From Octopus sinensis (taxonomy: Eukaryota), in the NCBI RefSeq assembly GCF_006345805.1, contig NC_042997.1, forward strand, positions 69,750,001-69,814,000: a stretch of DNA of 64,000 nucleotides, in the 5' to 3' direction. The notes beneath the pieces are model-generated. The model did not search any database. It worked only from the letters and a program-made list of their open reading frames with translations, and was not told the DNA's origin. Position 1 is the first letter of the stretch. Every line of letters starts with the position of its first letter. This document shows positions 12,949 through 23,242 of the stretch, in pieces. The translations under genes were made by a program, and so were the position numbers.

Positions 12949-13170
12949 TCTGACATTGTATTGTACAACAAACGTGAATTAAATTAGCTGAGACCACTCT
13001 ACACGAAAGTATTGAATAGAGCAGAAATCGCCGGTGTAAGAAATAGGTCAATCAAATGGCTCAACTAGAAATCGAAAATGATCTGCTGAATTGGTTTCCT
13101 CAAGGATTGCCATAACTCTGCTGCTGAGTTATTTTGAATACGCACGCGCACTCACGGACACAAACATGGT

Positions 13171-13525
13171 TATGACGACGAGGGTTCCAGTTGATCAGAT
13201 CAACGGAACAGACTGCCTGTGAAATTAACGTGCAAGTGGCTGAGCACTCCAGAGACACGTGTACCCTTAACATAGTCCTCGGAGTGATTCAGCGTGACAC
13301 AGAGTTTGACAAGACTTGCCCTTTGAAATACAGGAAGAAACAGGAAGAAAAAGTGAGAGAAAGTTGTGGTGAAAGAACACAGCAGAGTTCGCCACCACCT
13401 TTGTTAGAACGTCGTGGAGCTTTAGGTGTTTTCGCTCAATAAACACACACAACGCCCGGTCTGGGAATCGAAACCACGATCCTACGACCGCGAGTCCGCT
13501 GCCCTAACCACTGAGCCATGGCGCC
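13171..13525 (-). mobile_element. tRNA-derived SINE family C, tail type 1
   Basis: Minus strand: TGGCTCAGTGG (A box)..GGTTTCGATTCCCAGACCGGGCGTTGTGTGTGTTTATTGAGCGAAAACACCTAAAG; shares ~170 bp with 42201-42505. Confidence 0.85.
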
Positions 13526-13925
13526 ATCCTGGGCCATTGTGCCTCCACACACATACATACACAAATATACACACATGCACAGATACAAACGTACAATTAT
13601 TGGTTGAATGATATTTTGCATCGAATCTCAAATTAACCGACTGTATATCGTTGACGTCAACCAGATCTGCGTGTAAAATATCTAAAGTGAATGATCGAGA
13701 GTTTTCGATTCTAACTCTTGCAGACATAAATCTGTTTCTCTTTTTCTAGTAATAAATATGACAATTGATAAGCATTTAATGGGAAGAGAAACGACATATC
13801 TTATAGAGATTGCCTTCTTGTCTATATTATGGCACTACAGTTCTATATTTAAGAGATGAGGAAATATGTACATTATTTACATTATTTACATTTGACGGTT
13901 ATTTGTCTTTATTTTGTTTCTTGTT

Positions 13926-13971
13926 AACACAACGTTTCGGCTGATATACCCCCCAGCCTTCATCAGGTGTC
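13926..13971 (-). ncRNA. Minimal type I hammerhead ribozyme (PLE-type)
   Basis: GACAC-CTGATGA-A-GGCTG-GGGGGTATAT-CAGCC-GAAAC-GTT-GTGTT: stem I GACAC/GTGTT, 5-bp stem II, intact core, palindromic AACGTT stem III. Confidence 0.8.
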
Positions 13972-14017
13972 TTGGGGAAATTTCGAAGCTGGGTTCTCAT
14001 TCCTAAGGTATTTTCGA

Positions 14018-14057
<40 letters not shown>

Positions 14058-14201
14058 TTATTTTTATTATTATTATTCAGGTCACTGCTTGGAATCGAAC
14101 ACGGAATCTTGGTGTTAGTAGCCCGTGCTCTTAACCATTACGCCAAAAACATTCTATCCATTCCAATTGTGAAGAAAAGAGAGGATAAAACCAATAAACT
14201 G

Positions 14202-14597
14202 TCCACAGTCTGTCTACCCTATGTGAATGGCCTCTCCGAAAAGATACAAAAGATATGAGGCCCATATGACATCAATATAGTATTCAAGAGTAATACAACA
14301 CTTCGCAAATATCTCCGAGTAAAACCACCAATAGAAGAGAATATGACCAAAGACTGCGTGTACTCCATCCCATGCAGCTGTGGTAGGTTATACAAAGGCG
14401 AAACATGCCGCTCCTTCAAAATAAGGGTAGACGAACATCGCAAAGCTGTGACACGAAGAGATATTGATAAATCGGGTATAGCTGATCATGTATGGAAAAA
14501 TGGAGACCACTTTCCCCTATGGGATGAAGTTAAAATAATAGGCAGAGAACACCACTGGAAAATACAAAAACTAAAAGAGGCACCACATACACTATGA
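14202..14597 (+). pseudogene. PLE linker plus GIY-YIG endonuclease, 5'-truncated with stops
   Basis: In frame: STVCLPYVNGLSEKIQKI*GPYDINIVFKSNTTLRKYLRVKPPIEENMTKDCVYSIPCSCGRLYKGETCRSFKIRVDEHRK..SGIADHVW..H..W..KE, the typical PLE VY-IPC-C---YIGET---R--EH pattern. Confidence 0.9.
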
Positions 14598-14857
14598 CAC
14601 AACGCCCTCCTAAGCAGACCTAGTGCAGATATGAGTAGCATAGGGGAATCGGTATTAAGGAAGGATAGGAAGATATTAGATTTACAAGCCCTAAAATTCA
14701 CTCCATACTTGCCCACGGGTATATGGCGTAGTAGATAAGAGCGCGGGCTACTAACCCCAAAATTCCGAGTTCGTTTCCAGACCTGAATAATAATAATAAC
14801 AATAATAACATCGAAAAATATCTTAGAAATGAGAACCCAGGTTCGAAGTTTCCCCAA

Positions 14858-14903
14858 GACACCTGATGAAGGCTGGAGGGTATATCAGCCGAAACGTTGT
14901 GCT
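14858..14903 (+). ncRNA. Minimal type I hammerhead ribozyme (PLE-type)
   Basis: GACAC-CTGATGA-A-GGCTG-GAGGGTATAT-CAGCC-GAAAC-GTT-GTGCT; one stem I mismatch. Confidence 0.78.
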
Positions 14904-15400
14904 AACAACAAACACGATGAGGATAAATATTCATCAAATGTAAATAATGTTTATTATGGCAGTTTCAAAATATTTTCTATAACGGATCTCTGTTGAACAA
15001 TTTCAGACGATTTTTTTTTCACTCGTTATTGTTATATACCATCAAAATAATAGCAAATGAACTCCCTTAAATTAAACCTTACCCTCTTAGAATAGTGGCA
15101 AATGGCATATTTGTCCCAGGATACGCAGAACCAGCAAATAAAAGAAAAGGAAAATGAATTTCACAGCTGCAACATTTTAAATCAAATATCTGCTCGAAGA
15201 GTTGACTTTGGGCTAAACGAATACAACATTATCGTTAAAAGATTACTGAAAATTGTGGAAGAAATCAAATGGGTACATGTCACTAGTTTCAGTTCAAACC
15301 GAACCGGTGGGAGCTTTTAAATAAGTAATTGCAATGACCGAATGATTGTTATGGTAAGTACTTAACTGATGATGTATGCCTAGTTAATCTGTGTCAAAAG

Positions 15401-15590
15401 TAAGGCGGTGTGCTGACAGAATAGCTAACATGCTGGGCAAAATGCATATCGGCATTTCGTCCGCCTTTATGTTTTGAATTCAAAATCTACCGAGGATGAC
15501 TTTGCATTTTATCTTTTCGAGGCAGAGAAAATAAGTATCAGTCGAGCACGACTTACTCCGAAATTAATTGTGCCAACATTTGGAACCAAT
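15401..15590 (+). mobile_element. SINE family B, first of a triplet
   Basis: TAAGGCGG start, family motifs, ends GGAACCAAT. Confidence 0.8.
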
Positions 15591-15603
15591 GTATCTGGAT
15601 AAG

Positions 15604-15820
15604 TAAGGCGGTGACCTTGCAGAATCATTACCGCGTAGGACAAAATGCTTAGCCGCATTTCTTCCGACTGTACGTTCTGAGTTCAAATGCCGCCGAGGTC
15701 GACTTTGCCTTTCATTCTGTCAGAGTCGATAAAATGAGTACCAGCTGAGCACTAGAATCGATGACATCGAACTAACCCTTCTCCTGAAATTGCTGAGCGT
15801 GTCCAAAATTTGAAACGAAA
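15604..15820 (+). mobile_element. SINE family B, second of a triplet
   Basis: TAAGGCGG start, full family motif set. Confidence 0.85.
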
Positions 15821-15885
15821 TGTGTCGATAAGTTTATCCCTTTTCCAGTATTCATAGGACCATATTATCATTATTTTTATGAACG

Positions 15886-16070
15886 TGGCAAGCTAGTAGA
15901 ATCGTTAGCATATCGGCAAAATGCTTAGCGGCATTTCGTTCGTCTTTGTGTTCTGAGTTCAAATTCCGCCGTGGTCGACTTTGCCTTTCATCCTTGCGAG
16001 GTCGATAAGATTTTATCGACCCTGAAATGATGCAATCGACTTATCCTTTCCCTTTGAAATTATTATTATA
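15886..16070 (+). mobile_element. SINE family B, third of a triplet, with an internal fold-back
   Basis: Family motifs; GGTCGATAA-GATT-TTATCGACC hairpin at 16000-16021. Confidence 0.85.
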
Positions 16071-16140
16071 ATTTGAAATTATAATTTTTTTCGTCCTGTT
16101 AAGTGGAAGAAATCTCCATGCAGATAAAATTAACAGAATA

Positions 16141-17935
16141 TACTGGGTAACAAAAAAAAAAAAAAAAAGTTATTATCTGCTACCCAGACAAATGGCGTTG
16201 TACGAAACTACATCGAGTACGCTGGTTCCGAATCTGATTTTGAGTTATGCGCATAATTATATATTTATATTATATAGGTATCAGAAATAGTTAAGTTCAA
16301 GATAAATAATTATTATAATAGTAAATTAGTACTGTATATAGTATATTTAAGTTCAAGTTAAATAATAATATGATATAACGGTACATAGTATGTTTATGTG
16401 AAGGGAATACTCACTTTATTTTTTATATGCTCGACTCAGAAATGTTTGAGACACTTGCTATTGCGCTTATGCGTCGTGCTGGTCTTTCGTTGTAGGAACC
16501 TGCAGCAGTCGCCCATCATGTATAGATTGAATCGGCCTTGATACCTCGTTTCCATCTCAGATATGTCCTAGTGGAACCTCTCACCATGCTAACAGCACCA
16601 AGATTTGTTGGAAAAAGATCGAGATGAGAATGCAAGAAATGCATTTTAAGGGACTTTTGGCATCTCGTTTTTTCATACGTTGTTAGCGTGTTGTTTATTA
16701 AATCAGGATAGTTTTCAGCTCTATGATTTCCAAGAAAGATCTGTACAACTAACACAAATGAATCCTATCCCATCAGCTCAACTGGATTCAGTTTACCTCT
16801 GAATTTGCTATCAGACATCAATATTCTGATCTCGGGTCCAATGAAAATGCCTACTTTCAGCTTTGCGTCACTTTTCTCTGCACCGCATTTTATTTTTACG
16901 TACTGGAAGCAATAATCATCGTGTGTCATTGCTTTTACGAATTTTTTCAAGAAGCCCAGTTTGATGTGAGGGGTGGAAGGAAGATCTTTTGCGGGTTTAC
17001 CAGTGGCACATACTGCACTATGCGCTCATCTCTTTTAGGCCAGTCTTTTACAGTATAATGATTGCTGTCGTCGCGGCTGTCCCAAACATACAAAAAGCAC
17101 ATATTCTTGGTATATCCCAGCTGCACCACAGTAATTCCACTGAGTAATTATCTCCTATCAGAATGAGTTCCATCGATTCATAATTTTTTCCATGCCGACA
17201 GCATGACCCACTGTAATGGAAGGTTTTTCATTACCATTATCGAACAACACAGCTTTGAGGCTAACCCTACTCGAGTCTACATGCAATTTCCATTCGTTAG
17301 CCACATGCACATGTCCTAGTTTTTGCATGTGTGTATTAACGTCAGTACAGAAACAAGCATTATTTTCTTGCTTGAAAAAGACAGATAAGCCTTCGTGGCG
17401 AGAAAGGAAAATGGAAATTTTCGTATCTTGCCGAAGGAGATTCCGTTGCTGTAGTCTGGATCCCAAAACTTCTGTCTTCTCTTTGACAATGCTAGGCCTC
17501 TTACTAAACCGTCCAAATCGTTTTTATTAAACACGCAAGGCTAATTTTTCTTAGACTCATCTACATACTCTTCGTCGACAGGAGAATCAGGGGGGTTCAT
17601 CGTGCGATGCGTCAAGGTCTTCAAATGAATCGTGAGAATTGGGACAGGGTTCTCGGAGTTATGTGAGACCGGTTTTCGAGCCGACTTACAATCTGCATAT
17701 ATAATTTTTGCTTTGGTCTTCTTAGAGAAACCACTAATATTAGGCATGCAAAAGTAACAATCAGAGACATGATGGCTCGCAACATACGGTTGGTACTGCA
17801 AAAGGCATTCCCTTCTGTTTTCCATTCAGCATGAATGTATATTCAGAGTTTGTCTTAGCCCGTTTGCCCGCAGATGGTTAATTTCTGTGGTTATCCTTGT
17901 CAGGTAGACATACTTAGTATGACCTTTGATTGATT
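16141..17935 (-). mobile_element. Degraded DNA transposon, Chapaev3 (CMC)-like transposase relic
   Basis: Collinear frameshifted pieces: LNGKQKGMPFAVP..DCYFC..SARKPVSH; NDLDGLVRGLALSK..GSRLQQRNLL; EWKLHVDSSRVSLKAVLFDNGN; GYTKNMCFLYVWDSR..WP.R..PLV..IFLPP; FVKAM..GIFIGPEIR; FLGNHRAENY..SLKMHFLHSHLDLFP.NLGAVS. Terminus TACTGGGTAACAAAAA at 16141. The transposase identity is strong; the superfamily label is from memory. Confidence 0.8.
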
Positions 17936-18024
17936 TTAATACACACACACGGACGCACGCGCGTGCATACACAAAACGTGCGCACGCGCACACACACATA
18001 TGTATATACATTGCACGTGTGTGT

Positions 18025-18226
18025 CTTTGTGTCTGTTTGTCTCCCATCACTGCTTTACAACTGGATTTGTTATGTTTATGTCCCTGTAACTTAGTGGTTT
18101 AGTGAAAAAGGCCGAGAGAATATACAAGGCTTTAAAAATTAAGTACTGAGGTTGATTCATTCGACTAAAAAATTCTTCGAGGCCGTTCCTCAACATGGCC
18201 GCAGTCTAATCACAAAGAAAAGATAA
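18025..18226 (+). mobile_element. SINE family A, 3' half
   Basis: GTCCCTGTAACTTAGTGGTT..CAACATGGCCGCAGTC. Confidence 0.8.
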
Positions 18227-18464
18227 ATGATACGACGCATTCAGTTTCAGCTTAAAATTTGGTGGAATAAGCTTTGTCTCACATCTTCCCAATAACTTTG
18301 AATCAGTATTAGTCATACATTAGTTGCACAAACATATATGCACTAGCGTTGATAAGATAATAGGAGACAATTCGGGTGACCATCAGTTCGTAACCTGTTA
18401 ACAACGCTACGTTTAGTCAGCTACGAAGATAATTAATGTTCAGATGGTGCTATCCACATGTATA

Positions 18465-18681
18465 TACAAAGGGGTGCTGAAAACTTCCTGGCTTTAAGGG
18501 TATCACGAAAGGTCTGGTTTGATACCCAACCTCCCGAGTTCTTTTACAGGACTTAGAAAACAAAAGGATCGCTGCAATAAGTGTGTGAATCTGAGAGCGG
18601 ATATGTTGAATAAAATCATAATTAGTTGATCCGCTGTATTTTTTTTACGCAGAGCCAAGAACTTTTCAGCACCCCCTCGTA
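18465..18681 (+). mobile_element. Mariner-derived MITE
   Basis: TIRs TACAAAGGGGTGCTGAAAACTTCCTGGCT / AGCCAAGAACTTTTCAGCACCCCCTCGTA with TA ends; the interior retains mariner C-terminal coding (RCNKCVNLR). Confidence 0.85.
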
Positions 18682-18981
18682 GATAAAGAAAATTCCTTGA
18701 TGTGTAATTAGTGATTGATCCCTAGATTTTTTCCACCGACGGAAATAGTTACATTTCATGGGTTGGTTTTTTATACACGCAGACACTTACCTATCCTTAA
18801 CACCAGATTACAAACAAACCAATGGACTACAAATGAAGACGCCAGGGAAAAACTATCCAGTCTGTAGCAATATTACTGATAAATCTATTCACGCAATTTG
18901 TCGGGAACCAAAACGACAATACACAATAAAGAGAAAGAAAAAAAAACAAGGGCGAAAGTAATGCATGTGAGAGTTAACTAA

Positions 18982-19205
18982 TCTTTTATCTTTCATCTTT
19001 TACTTGTTTCAGTCATTAGAGTGCAGCCATGCTGGTGCACCGTCTTGAAAATTGTTTAGTCGAATGAATCGACTCCTGTACTTTTTTTTAAAGCCTAGTA
19101 TTTATTCCATCATTTTCTTTTACTGAATCGCTACCTTACGGGGACCTAAGCATTCCAACAACGGATGTCAAACGGCGGTGAGGAACAAACACAGACACAA
19201 AGACA
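18982..19205 (-). mobile_element. SINE family A, 3' half
   Basis: TTTTACTTGTTTCAGTCATTAGAGTGCAGCCATGCTGGTGCACCG..., reverse complement of the family tail. Confidence 0.8.
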
Positions 19206-19219
19206 CAATACACACACAC

Positions 19220-19335
<116 letters not shown>

Positions 19336-19347
19336 CCTATATGTATG

Positions 19348-19402
<55 letters not shown>

Positions 19403-19409
19403 TATATAT

Positions 19410-19522
19410 ATAATATGTTACATTACTCGATAGTCAAGATAAAACTCTGAGTTTCAGATGCCGAAGTGGGAATCCACAACGCCAGAGTTTTATCTTGACT
19501 ATCGAGTAATGTAACATATTAT
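19410..19522. repeat. Perfect 40-bp inverted repeat with 33-nt spacer
   Basis: 19410-19449 is the exact reverse complement of 19483-19522 (checked base by base). Confidence 0.95.
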
Positions 19523-19616
19523 TTTATAGATAAATTTCCTCTATTTACATAATATTGAGGTCTCTTTCTTTCTTTTGTTATCTTACCGTTTTACCAATAT
19601 ATATATGTATATATAC

Positions 19617-19990
19617 ACTAGCAGTATCACCCGGTGTTGCTTGGGTTTGTTTCGACCCTTTTGAATTGGAATTTTTGAAAAGTAAAAATTTTGCATTATG
19701 CAACTTGTTATTCTCTTCAAGTGAATACACCGAAAAATGGTGACACAGCAGTCAAAAATCGTAAAAAATAGGGATTTTCATAGAAAAAAAGCACCTTTTT
19801 GATGTAAATAATTTTTGGTGTTAACATGGTCCGATTTGAATTTTATCTTCTACAGAATGAAGAGCAAGCCTTCTTCTATCATACTCTCAATTTTGGTCAA
19901 CTTGCGCTGCAGGGTCTCGGAGGAGATAGTGTTAGTTGAAGGCTACCAAACCTGCCACACACAGACAACTTCAGCTTTATATATATAGAT
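19617..19990 (+). mobile_element. Non-autonomous Helitron/Helentron-like element
   Basis: 5' ACTAGC..CCCGGTGTTGCTTGGG subterminal hairpin and 3' ACAGACAACTTCAGCTTTATATATATAGAT end, typical of small rolling-circle elements; a second similar 3' end at ~20108. Confidence 0.55.
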
Positions 19991-20643
19991 TTGCTACACA
20001 CTACTTTCCATCCTTAATAATGAAACTTGGTAGATCCAAAAGTTAAACACACAGACACACACACAGATACACACACAGACATATAAGTTGAGTTTTATAT
20101 ATATAGATTTCTCAACGGAGATTTCAGGGGAGAGTTTCAGGGAGTCGCTGGCGATGTATCGTGATGATCAAAAATCCGGCCTGCTAAAATTTGGTTAAAG
20201 TGATTCAAACTGCAGACTCAACACAAAATGGTCACATTTAATTCAAAGCGTTAAAAATGTTATGAAAACAATTGGTATGTGTTCACAAAGTCCAAACGAT
20301 TAATACGAAAACACCCTCCAGGCTACATCCCGAAAATTCATTTCTTTGCCGAATTTCTACAATGTTTACGGCGATTCGTTTTTCTATCTTGATTTTTTAT
20401 TTTTCATGCAATTTACGCATGCTTGCACGCGTGGTGAACACAGTTCACGTCAAACAGCTGACTATTCAATGCATTGAATAAGGCCTAAACAAACACATTA
20501 TCGATTTTTGCACTTGCGAGATGAATTTCGGAACAGAAATAGCGCAGTTCAATTTTCATTCGTCTAAACTTTAAGTGACCCATTTTTGGTGGTTCTACGA
20601 TTTGTTGGCTAGGAGGAGATGTGCCAGGAAGTTAAACACACAG

Positions 20644-20728
<85 letters not shown>

Positions 20729-20750
20729 TATATATACATACCTACATACA

Positions 20751-20876
20751 CGACGGGCTGCTTTCAGTTTCCGTCTGCCGAATCGACTCACAAGAGTTTG
20801 GGCATTCCGAGGCTATAGTAGAAGACACCTGTCCAAGGTACCACCCAGTGAGACTGAAACCGGATCCATGTACACA
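20751..20876 (-). mobile_element. SINE family A head/body
   Basis: CGACGGGCTGCTTTCAGTTTCCGTCT..GAAGACACCTGTCCAAGG. Confidence 0.8.
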
Positions 20877-21232
20877 TGTTAACGTTTCTTTAGGAACTTC
20901 TACATATATTGATACGACTTAAAGAAAGTTTGAAATCATGTATTAAACCTAAGTGATAATTATTTCATTTCATTTTTTTATATGATGTTTTATTTGAAAC
21001 GTGTTTTGCTTGTTATGATACTTGTGAAAGAAGTAAGACGTTCACATACAGTATACAGGTCATTCTCTGTCATCGACTCACTTTCCCCACCTCCTTCTAC
21101 AAGAGACACTCCGTTTTCATATTATTTAGTTATTGAAGTTTTTGACCACTCCTTGAGTGAGATGACGCCACTAGAAGCAAAGAGCCTCAAGAGATTGAAA
21201 GAGGCTCAGATTCACCACATTCATCTCTCCCT

Positions 21233-21278
<46 letters not shown>

Positions 21279-21730
21279 TTCTTTTCTTTCTTTCTTTCTT
21301 TTTTTCATTCTTTCTTTTTCTTTCTTTCGTGCGTTCGTTACTGTTTTCATCTTTCTTGAACATTTATTTTCATTTTCTTTCTGTTTTTCTTTTTTATTCT
21401 TTTATATATGTGTAGTACTTACTTTTATATACTCCTTAGTACCTACTTTGCTTGTGTCTGAAATCCAATGGAAAGATTGTTTTCTATATTGAGAAATTTG
21501 CGGAATAAAATTAGGATGAAAGAGGATACATACATGCATACGTACATACATATGTGCATGTGTGCATACATATATTAATACATATATAGAATCATAAGGA
21601 CGTGCATATATAGAACCATACACACATAAATGAATAAACGCTTGTATGATTATATATGTGTATGCATGCATATTTAAATATATGAAAACGCAAGTGTATA
21701 CACATAAATAAATATTTACGCGCATACGTT

Positions 21731-21940
21731 TAAGGCGGTGGGGTGGCAGAGGTGTTAGCACGCCGGGAAAAATAAGCGACATTTCGTCCGTCTCCTCGTT
21801 CTGAGGACAAATTTCGCTGAGGTCGACTTTACCTCTCTTTCGGGTCAATAAAATAAGCACCAGTTGAGTACTGAGGTCCATGTAATCGACTTCCTTCTCT
21901 CACTTAAAAACTGCTGGCTCTGTCAAAATTTGAAACCATT
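21731..21940 (+). mobile_element. SINE family B, first of a doublet
   Basis: TAAGGCGG start to GAAACCATT end. Confidence 0.85.
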
Positions 21941-21965
21941 ACGTAAACGATAGCAAAGCAACGAT

Positions 21966-22160
21966 TTGGCGGAACCGTTAGAGAGCCGGACAAGACGCTT
22001 AGCGGAATTTTTTCCGATTTTATGTTTTTTGAGCTTAAATGCTGCCCAGGCCGACTTTACCTTTCATCTTTTCGTGTTCGATAAAATAAACACCGGTTGA
22101 ATACTAGGGTCGATGTAATCGACTAACCGCCTTCTTCAAAATTTCAGGTCGTGTGGTTAT
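21966..22160 (+). mobile_element. SINE family B, second of a doublet
   Basis: Family motifs, 25 bp after the previous copy. Confidence 0.8.
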
Positions 22161-22411
22161 GAGAACAACTGAGTCGTTGGTAACAATGTTTCAAACGTGT
22201 CACTCGCCGCTTCACTACATTAACTGTAATGAGAGGATTAGAAAAAAAAAGTGGCGAGGGACGTCTGTGTAACTCGAGTGAAATACTATAAATTATGTTA
22301 ATTCAAAACCATCTGGATTTAGTTTACTCCTCGATTTCTACATCTTTTTGCGCATACATCGGAAAAGATGCAATCACACGCACGCACGTACGCACGCGCA
22401 CACACACACAC

Positions 22412-22456
<45 letters not shown>

Positions 22457-23084
22457 TAGGCTAGGGCATGGTTTGCATCTAAGAAATTCCACTTATAATC
22501 AAGTCGAGGAAAATGCACATGCTGAAATTGCGGTACAGTAGGATTGAATATGAAACCACATGGTTGCAAAATGAAATTCTTCACCACACAACCATGCCTG
22601 TATCTAATAGTTTAAATGCTTCTAGCTGGGAACGTCCAATCAACATTGCTTTCTTCAACACCTTGAAACAGTACCCTTTCCTCTTGCAATACCGGTTAAC
22701 AATGATGCTTCGAAATAATAATAAGGTTTTTATTCATTTCTTTTTTCTTTTTTTTTTTTTTTTAGTAAGTGAGGGCCATACTGCTGCACGATATTCATTC
22801 CATTATTGATACTGATATCGTAATAAACAGGTGCAGGTGTAACTATTTTAACATGCAGTACCCCACCAAAAATTTGTAACGAAAGAGATTAAGGCCTGTT
22901 TCAACCATGAGACATTTAAGGCAGCCACTTAAAGAAGTACACTAACCATAAGTGACAGCTATGCGACTTAAGTTTTTCTTTTTCTTTTTTTTTTTAAATG
23001 ATGGTTCATTTGTGAACGTTTATATATTTTATTGCTTTCTTTGTCACAGCATTTATAAGTAAAAACGTTCACACACAGGTCATA

Positions 23085-23181
23085 ACCTCCTCCTCCTCCT
23101 TCGTCGTCGTCGTCATAATCACCTTCTTCTTCTTCTTCTTCTTCTTCTTCTTCTTCTTCTTCTTCTTCTTCTTCTTCTCTT

Positions 23182-23241
<60 letters not shown>

Positions 23242-23242
23242 T
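23085..23242. repeat. Compound (CCT)(CGT)(TTC)n(CTA)n repeat
   Basis: Directly visible; explains poly-S/E/V/K ORFs. Confidence 0.95.

Larger units (their letters stand above)
13832..14950 (+). mobile_element. Penelope-like element remnant with inverted terminal repeats (13832-14145 minus; ~14712-14950 plus)
   Basis: The arms are reverse complements (tRNA-like segment, (AAT)n, GAGAACCCAG, hammerhead, AAATGTAAATAATGT) and bracket a GIY-YIG coding remnant. Confidence 0.9.

Noticed and set aside
14724-14778. Possible genuine tRNA gene
   Set aside because: Lacks acceptor-stem pairing, has mutated boxes in this arm, and is embedded in a mobile-element repeat; treated as tRNA-derived only. The same applies to the SINE heads.
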